Shown here piece by piece: positions 58,412-64,000 of a DNA stretch of 64,000 bases. Made by a program: the position numbers and the translations under genes. The stretch is from IMG/VR virus record IMGVR_UViG_3300033062_002687; one strand, given 5' to 3'. The notes under the pieces were generated by a model. It made no database searches. It was not told the origin of the DNA and saw nothing but the letters and a program-made list of their open reading frames with translations. This DNA is from a virus (lineage: Duplodnaviria; Heunggongvirae; Uroviricota; Caudoviricetes). Position 1 is the first letter of the stretch. Every line of letters starts with the position of its first letter.

Positions 58412-58582
58412 TTACTTAAACAGATTGCCTAGCTTTACAAAGATTCCGATTATGAATCCAAGTACAACCAGTAAGACGATCAAATCAAGCCACTCAACAA
58501 TTGCGGCGCCGCTGACGCCCATTGCGTCAACAATTATGTTTTTGAAATCGCCTTTTGTATAGTTGTTTCCCAAATACACCAT
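58412..58582 (-). CDS. Small coat/pilin-like protein, copy 1 (56 aa)
   Basis: Hand-translated MVYLGNNYTKGDFKNIIVDAMGVSGAAIVEWLDLIVLLVVLGFIIGIFVKLGNLFK; AAGGAGG RBS. Confidence 0.85.
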   Translation of the reverse strand: MVYLGNNYTKGDFKNIIVDAMGVSGAAIVEWLDLIVLLVVLGFIIGIFVKLGNLFK

Positions 58583-58655
58583 GGTTTTTTCCTCCTTTGT
58601 ATTTTTATTTTTAAAGTATCGGCAACAACGCCTATGAGTATAGATCGCAAAGTTG

Positions 58656-58716
58656 CTTTAAAAGCTTTTGGGCATCATAACAAAAAATTAAAAAAAACCA
58701 AAAGATTTTTATATTA
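58656..58716. promoter_or_regulatory. Divergent BRE/TATA promoter pair
   Basis: CCAAAAGCTTTTAAAG (minus) and CCAAAAGATTTTTATA (plus). Confidence 0.55.
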
Positions 58717-58739
58717 GATAAATTACCTTCGTATCCCAG

Positions 58740-58979
58740 ATGATAAAGAAGCAATTGGTCAGGATATCTATGTCGAAACATCTGGTTTCTCAAATAGAGA
58801 ATATACACGCTGAATTAGAAAAAAAATTCTCTGTCACAAGAAGCGATCTTTACAATGAAGTCCTAGCATATGGACTTGAGGTATACAGAATAAAGAAACA
58901 GGTTGGAGACCAAAAAATTGACGATGTGTTTAAGCTTATGAGAAAAGAATCAGGCATTGAAAATGACAAAAAAATATGA
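58740..58979 (+). CDS. RHH-like transcription regulator
   Basis: VRISM strand followed by TRSDLYNEVLAYGLE helix. Confidence 0.65.
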   Translation: MIKKQLVRISMSKHLVSQIENIHAELEKKFSVTRSDLYNEVLAYGLEVYRIKKQVGDQKIDDVFKLMRKESGIENDKKI

Positions 58980-59328
58980 TTTTGGGACAGTTAAAAGAGG
59001 AAAATTTTACTTAACGAATAAGATAGATGCATTTAGAAACAAAAAAATGATGGGAGATTTGGAAAATGAAATTGCAAAAATAATGCCTGAAGAAATAATA
59101 ATACCGAAACGACTTAGTCCTGAAATGCAGGAGTTCTTGAAGGATACTCTGGTATTTTTTCTGACATACTGGTCTCCAAAGTACAACAATTATAAAATAA
59201 TATCTTTAGGAGAATTTTTACATAGCAGATCTGAATTATATAGAGGACAACTTGGTTATGAGGGTACTCCTGAAAGAGGATATTATTATAAAATTCGAGA
59301 TGGAGGAAAAATAGATGACAAAGAATGA
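58957..59328 (+). CDS. Hypothetical protein
   Basis: 123-aa ORF in the plus-strand operon. Confidence 0.7.
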   Translation: MKMTKKYDFGTVKRGKFYLTNKIDAFRNKKMMGDLENEIAKIMPEEIIIPKRLSPEMQEFLKDTLVFFLTYWSPKYNNYKIISLGEFLHSRSELYRGQLGYEGTPERGYYYKIRDGGKIDDKE

Positions 59329-59590
59329 TGATTATGAACCAGAGAGGACTTCACGAAATGTGATGATAGATACGAATAAAGATACATTCCTTGAAGAGAT
59401 GCGCATAATAAACAAAGGTATGTCAACAGAATGCAGGCGTGGCAGAAGTGATGTTTACAATGAAGTTATATCATATGGCATCGAAATCATTAAGCTCAAG
59501 AGAGATATCGGAGACAAAGACTTCGAAAAAACCTGGAGTCTTTTGCATAAGATCAATCTTCAGAAGGTTGATATATCTAAATTAATCTGA
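59315..59590 (+). CDS. RHH-like regulator, paralog of 58740-58979
   Basis: RSDVYNEVISYGIE. Confidence 0.65.
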   Translation: MTKNDDYEPERTSRNVMIDTNKDTFLEEMRIINKGMSTECRRGRSDVYNEVISYGIEIIKLKRDIGDKDFEKTWSLLHKINLQKVDISKLI

Positions 59591-61168
59591 TTTTTTTTCT
59601 AACTTTGGATATGGTAAAATCTTATCGGCAAGAAGATTTTTAATTCTATTCTTTTCATCTTCTCCCTTTCCAACAATTAAAAAATATTTATGTTTTCCGC
59701 TAACACTTATTTTACATTTTGAGAGATCTTCATTTTTCAATTGATCAGCCAGATGCCTTCCGGCAGGCAACTTAATACCATCAGGCTTGATCACAGAGAT
59801 AGTATTAGCACAGCCAAGATATAATGCACCAACAGCCTGATAGATTATTCCCAAATGTCCTTGTTCCGGATCTGCAAAGGATATTAATCCCCAAACATCC
59901 TTAAAATCAACCCGAATCATTTTAATTACACCCGATAAAAATTCAGAAGCTGTATTTTTTTCCAAACCTGGAACAAGAGCAAATCTTCTTAACTCCATAA
60001 CTTGCTTAATTTTATCTTCTCCAAAAATTGACCCTGCTACACCTGGATTCGAAGGCGACCCAATCGCAGCCACACCAACAAGATTTCCATTTTTAATCAA
60101 ACCATAATTTGTTGTTCCAATAGGAAGAGTCTTAAGATAATGATTTTTCAGTAAAAATTCCTCTACAAATTCGTTTTTTAATCTACGAATTCCATCATCC
60201 CAACCTCTGAATTTTTTCATCGCCAAAGCATATTTTCTATCTAAATAAATTCGAGCATCATGATATAACAAATTAATCAACTTATCAGCAATTTTTCCTT
60301 CTGAACCAACAAAATAATTATTTCCATCTTTAAAAATAGTCCCAATCGAACCAAAAATTCTTTCAGCAAAATTTTTAAACTCTATACAAACTTCATATGT
60401 ACCACATAATTGAATAAGACTTCTTCTATAAGATTGACAAGTCATAACTGGAATAGTACCATCACCATCAATCATTCCTCTCCAAAAATGATGTTCTAAA
60501 TTTTCTGAAACTTTTGGCGGAATTAGATTCTTTGATTTTTCAGGAAGAATTCCTTTTGCAGTTAATGATTCCCACATAATTTTGCTTTTAAAACATATTT
60601 GACATTCCTTTGATATCTTTCCTTCTTCTCTTTTTCGTTCCCTATCTAAAATTTTTCCTGTAAGCTTTATTGCTCTCGCAAATTTTTCAAGATGTGCACG
60701 ATCATCATATTTTAATGTAATCTGAATTTGATAATTTTTCTTTCCCAGATTCCCATCTGCAGCGAAAAATCCGAGCCAATATGCTTTTTCCTCAGTATCA
60801 ATCACATCAAAATAATGCTCGTCGACATGACCAAATGCTGTCATTCCCCTTAATTCAACCCCTGCCTGTTTAAGCCATTTCTCGATCATGTGATGCTGAA
60901 TCCCTTCAAATGATTTTGAAATCTCCATTGCTGATTCGCCGGCAAGGTATCTTTGTTTCAAAACATTGATATCACAAGGCAACTCCATTAGTTTAGGGCC
61001 ACTTTTTCTTAATTTAATATTATTTTTTTTCAAAATCCCAAGGATAGCCGTTATGCTAATCCCAAACTCTTTAGCGAGCAGTTTAGATGAACTTCCTGCT
61101 ATATACATCTCAATTACTTTCTGTTCATCAACTTGTTTTCTTGGACGCCCAGTTCTCAAATAAATCAC
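59582..61168 (-). CDS. HTH-LAGLIDADG endonuclease fused to a Mom-like DNA modification (acyltransferase) domain
   Basis: YWLGFFAADG and FWRGMIDGDG; then NHYL, ELRRF, NTASEFL, ISFADPEQGHLGIIYQA. Confidence 0.8.
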   Translation of the reverse strand: MIYLRTGRPRKQVDEQKVIEMYIAGSSSKLLAKEFGISITAILGILKKNNIKLRKSGPKLMELPCDINVLKQRYLAGESAMEISKSFEGIQHHMIEKWLKQAGVELRGMTAFGHVDEHYFDVIDTEEKAYWLGFFAADGNLGKKNYQIQITLKYDDRAHLEKFARAIKLTGKILDRERKREEGKISKECQICFKSKIMWESLTAKGILPEKSKNLIPPKVSENLEHHFWRGMIDGDGTIPVMTCQSYRRSLIQLCGTYEVCIEFKNFAERIFGSIGTIFKDGNNYFVGSEGKIADKLINLLYHDARIYLDRKYALAMKKFRGWDDGIRRLKNEFVEEFLLKNHYLKTLPIGTTNYGLIKNGNLVGVAAIGSPSNPGVAGSIFGEDKIKQVMELRRFALVPGLEKNTASEFLSGVIKMIRVDFKDVWGLISFADPEQGHLGIIYQAVGALYLGCANTISVIKPDGIKLPAGRHLADQLKNEDLSKCKISVSGKHKYFLIVGKGEDEKNRIKNLLADKILPYPKLEKKSD

Positions 61169-61409
61169 TCCGATAATTTCTTAGTTCAAGACCTTCTTCT
61201 ATTGTCTTTGGGCAGCATCTTGTGCAAAGCTTTGAGTCGTGCTTAGGACGCTTACTGTAGTTATAATGGATAACTAATGTCTCCTGCCCGCATCTGTCAC
61301 ACTTGTCAAAGTGCACAAAAATGTCATGCTGCGTCTTTGTTGAGAAAGGAAAAAAACCTTTCTCCTCATTGCTCTTCAACATAGCTCTTACATACTTCGC
61401 GCGGATCAT
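61128..61409 (-). CDS. Small Zn-finger protein
   Basis: CDRC...CTRC. Confidence 0.55.
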   Translation of the reverse strand: MIRAKYVRAMLKSNEEKGFFPFSTKTQHDIFVHFDKCDRCGQETLVIHYNYSKRPKHDSKLCTRCCPKTIEEGLELRNYRSDLFENWASKKTS

Positions 61410-61740
61410 TAATGATCAACAACACTGATGCTGACACATTTGCATTCAGAGTTATGTTACCAGGATATTTACAATAACAATTCAATTGCACTACATCCTG
61501 CTCGTATGCATCGAATCCCAATCCTGCTGTAACACACTGCGCCCTACAACACTCATTTTTGTCATAGTTCGGTTTCATAAACTTCTCCGGACTTAGCACT
61601 CCAAAATACGCTAATGCTCCTATTGCTGCTAAAACAATAAGTATGGCCCACCCATTTTGGCGACTGAAAATAACAAATCTGTTACTTTACAGTAATGTCA
61701 TGAGGAATTCCATACTTTCTTGACTTTTTTTGTTTTTCAT
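61366..61740 (-). CDS. Class III signal (type IV) pilin-like protein split by a 39-nt BHB intron (61656-61694)
   Basis: Spliced product MKNKKSQESMEFLMTYGWAILIVLAAIGALAYFGVLSPEKF; GGAGGGG RBS. Confidence 0.85.
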
Positions 61741-61807
61741 ATTTCTCCCCTCCTTACTTCTATAAAATTTACACATGAATCCTCCAATGAAGCAAAATAT
61801 CATCAGC

Positions 61808-61840
<33 letters not shown>

Positions 61841-61861
61841 CAACAATAAAATAAAAAAAAA

Positions 61862-62995
61862 TCATACCTTACACTTGCCAATCGCAATCTCGCACCTGTG
61901 GCTCAGAGGGCAGTAGATTGATGTTACTGTCTTCTGGCAATAGCCAAGCCAGCACGCTGTATCTGTCCCTGAGTCAACCTTGCACTTTCCCGTGTAGTCT
62001 GTGAACCTTGAGAAATAAGTCCCATAGCAAACATAAGTGTCTACATTGGTCGTGCAGTCTTCTGTAGGTCTGGATGTGCATGCTCCATCCGTGCATCCCC
62101 ATTTGCAACTGTCACTAATTGAGGTATAGGTACAGCCTCCGACCAGGCACATCGTGTCTGCTCCAAAGCCAGGCTTGCACCTGTAGTCCTTGCCAAAAAC
62201 AGAATTGCCACTGCACGATTGGAAGTCTTTTGAGTTGCAGTTCTCAAATGCCTGTCCGCATTCATTCATGCAAATGCCGTCCTTGCCGTCTTTACCATCA
62301 GCTCCTGGTGGTCCAACTATTGAGTCGCCTTTATCTCCTTTGATTCCCTTGGCACCATTTGTTCCATTTATGCCGTCGAAGTAATCAACTCCCTTGACTG
62401 GCATGGTTCCATTTATTCCATTTGTCCCATTGATGCCGTCAAAGTAATTAACCCCCTTGACTGGCGTATATCCTGCTACACCTGGTGCGCCGTCTTTACC
62501 ATCTGCTCCAGTTGCTCCTGTATCTCCTGTGTCGCCCTTTGGTCCTGGTGTAGGCGTTATGACAAAAGCATTGTAATTCAGGTTGATGCCACCCAGTTCA
62601 GTATTCACGCCAAACATGCTTCCGCTAACTTGCACTTCACCATCACACTCGAGAATAAAGTGACCACTGTTTTGTCCTTGGTTCACATTTGCCCCCGAAT
62701 ATGTTCCTATGCAGTCACCAAGCGTGTCGAAGTGTGCTGTCACTTTGGCATCGGTCACTCCTACTGCGGTGCATACCGTATCGTAATAGGTGTTGCTAAC
62801 CAGAGATATTGTTCCAGACAAATTCCCAGCAATTGTTCCGTTGAAGTTCTGAGGTCGGTCTGGATAGTTTGTCCAGCTTAAAACTCCTGTCCCTTCAACA
62901 CTTTCCATATCGGCGAATGCTGCTGGCAACAAACACACCATCAGCACAATAGCCAAAATTAATATCTTTCTATTTTTCATTGTTTTTACCTCCAC
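61862..62995 (-). CDS. Secreted collagen-like protein with Cys-rich C-terminus
   Basis: G-X-Y triplets; PVKGV.YFDG repeats. Confidence 0.85.
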   Translation of the reverse strand: MEVKTMKNRKILILAIVLMVCLLPAAFADMESVEGTGVLSWTNYPDRPQNFNGTIAGNLSGTISLVSNTYYDTVCTAVGVTDAKVTAHFDTLGDCIGTYSGANVNQGQNSGHFILECDGEVQVSGSMFGVNTELGGINLNYNAFVITPTPGPKGDTGDTGATGADGKDGAPGVAGYTPVKGVNYFDGINGTNGINGTMPVKGVDYFDGINGTNGAKGIKGDKGDSIVGPPGADGKDGKDGICMNECGQAFENCNSKDFQSCSGNSVFGKDYRCKPGFGADTMCLVGGCTYTSISDSCKWGCTDGACTSRPTEDCTTNVDTYVCYGTYFSRFTDYTGKCKVDSGTDTACWLGYCQKTVTSIYCPLSHRCEIAIGKCKV

Positions 62996-62997
62996 AT

Positions 62998-63273
62998 TTA
63001 TTTCTTCTCGAGCAAACTCTGCAGATGAGCAAGCTTTTCCTTTTTTATTTCCTCAAAGACCTGAGTTGACAATCCAAACAAAATCATCATTTGAGAAAGC
63101 ATAACCCATGCGTCGACGATACATTCATGCACCTTTTGTTCAGTCACCTGTCCACGATTATATTTACTCAATGCCTGAAGCAGTTCTCCACATTCCTCAC
63201 AAGTCATCAAAATCTGAGATTGTGCGCCCCATTTTTGGATGGCTTTTTTATATAAATCCCGCTCATTCACCAT
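62998..63273 (-). CDS. MazG-like nucleotide pyrophosphohydrolase
   Basis: EECGEL.QALSK...ECIVD. Confidence 0.75.
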   Translation of the reverse strand: MVNERDLYKKAIQKWGAQSQILMTCEECGELLQALSKYNRGQVTEQKVHECIVDAWVMLSQMMILFGLSTQVFEEIKKEKLAHLQSLLEKK

Positions 63274-63278
63274 TTTAA

Positions 63279-63473
63279 TTACCTCACCTTCATTTTATCT
63301 CCTTCATATCTCCATTTATATGCCATAAATAATATCAATCCTGCAGCGAGATATGAAAATCCAACTGCCATCCTGACATTTTTTAGCAGAGAAATTAAAT
63401 AACCGCTTCCAAAAATTGCTGCGATTGTAAGTGGATATGAGACCCGCTCTGTAACAACCCATGTTTTTACCAT
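63279..63473 (-). CDS. Small membrane protein
   Basis: Two TM helices. Confidence 0.6.
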   Translation of the reverse strand: MVKTWVVTERVSYPLTIAAIFGSGYLISLLKNVRMAVGFSYLAAGLILFMAYKWRYEGDKMKVR

Positions 63474-63947
63474 TCAACTACCCCCAAACCGCTTGTTCAA
63501 TTCATCTAACTTATCACTCATGCTATTTAATTTGTTCAATAGTACCCCAAATCTCCAGAGAAAAATAATCGCAACCATTGCTATAAGCCTTCCTATACCA
63601 AAATGATTATAAATCCCGCCAAACAACCAGTAGAATAATGCGGCAAATAAGACATAACCTATCTGAACAGGCATAACTGTACAAGCTCCTTTCCATATGA
63701 TGACATCTGACTTTGTCCAAGGATGCCTATTCTTGAAGTATCTATTCTTGATCCACTGGTATACCTTGCCCCATAGACCTGATACTGGCTTTTCATCAAA
63801 AGGAAAGTTTTCTGGCCAGCCTAAAGCTTTGTGCAATTTTTCTTCTGGGATTCTGAAAATCTTTTCTCTGTCTCGCTTAACCAATCTTTTTTCCTCCGAC
63901 CGAATTGAATCGTTCCCACGATCATTAAAAACAAATATGTCAAGCAT
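63474..63947 (-). CDS. Membrane protein (true start may lie beyond the window)
   Basis: Two C-terminal TM helices. Confidence 0.65.
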   Translation of the reverse strand: MLDIFVFNDRGNDSIRSEEKRLVKRDREKIFRIPEEKLHKALGWPENFPFDEKPVSGLWGKVYQWIKNRYFKNRHPWTKSDVIIWKGACTVMPVQIGYVLFAALFYWLFGGIYNHFGIGRLIAMVAIIFLWRFGVLLNKLNSMSDKLDELNKRFGGS

Positions 63948-64000
63948 GATGCTATAAAAAATAGGTATTTCCAGTAATTGCTCATTACTAGCGATGCAAT

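Overview
A 64-kb, low-GC, almost entirely minus-strand segment of what looks like a large archaeal virus or extrachromosomal element. Archaeal signs are TATA/BRE promoters, C1:G72 short-arm tRNA-Tyr, bulge-helix-bulge (BHB) introns and a class III-signal pilin of the type common in DPANN/Woesearchaeota; the host assignment is inference. Layout: (1) 1-4.5 kb, 17 tRNA genes with an HNH gene, a resolvase-like gene, candidate ncRNAs and an aRF1-like release factor; (2) 6.9-35 kb, about 19 proteins sharing an N-terminal GWFxESWRHMLAAKGIKT tag fused to different cargoes (zincins, PolX, ATP-dependent ligase and others); (3) a Cas4-like nuclease and a Zot-like P-loop ATPase; (4) 39-58 kb, large secreted or membrane glycoprotein-like genes plus three tandem small coat-like proteins; (5) RHH-like regulators, a LAGLIDADG-Mom fusion, a pilin, a collagen-like protein and MazG. 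The main signals are RNA-level. Single tRNA-Ser, tRNA-Leu and tRNA-Ile genes carry tandem cassettes of synonymous anticodons behind alternative BHB splice sites. BHB-type introns interrupt protein-coding genes (pilin, ATPase, probably one more). The aRF1 gene needs an RF2-style +1 frameshift at CUU-UAG. All structures were folded by eye and no database searches were run.
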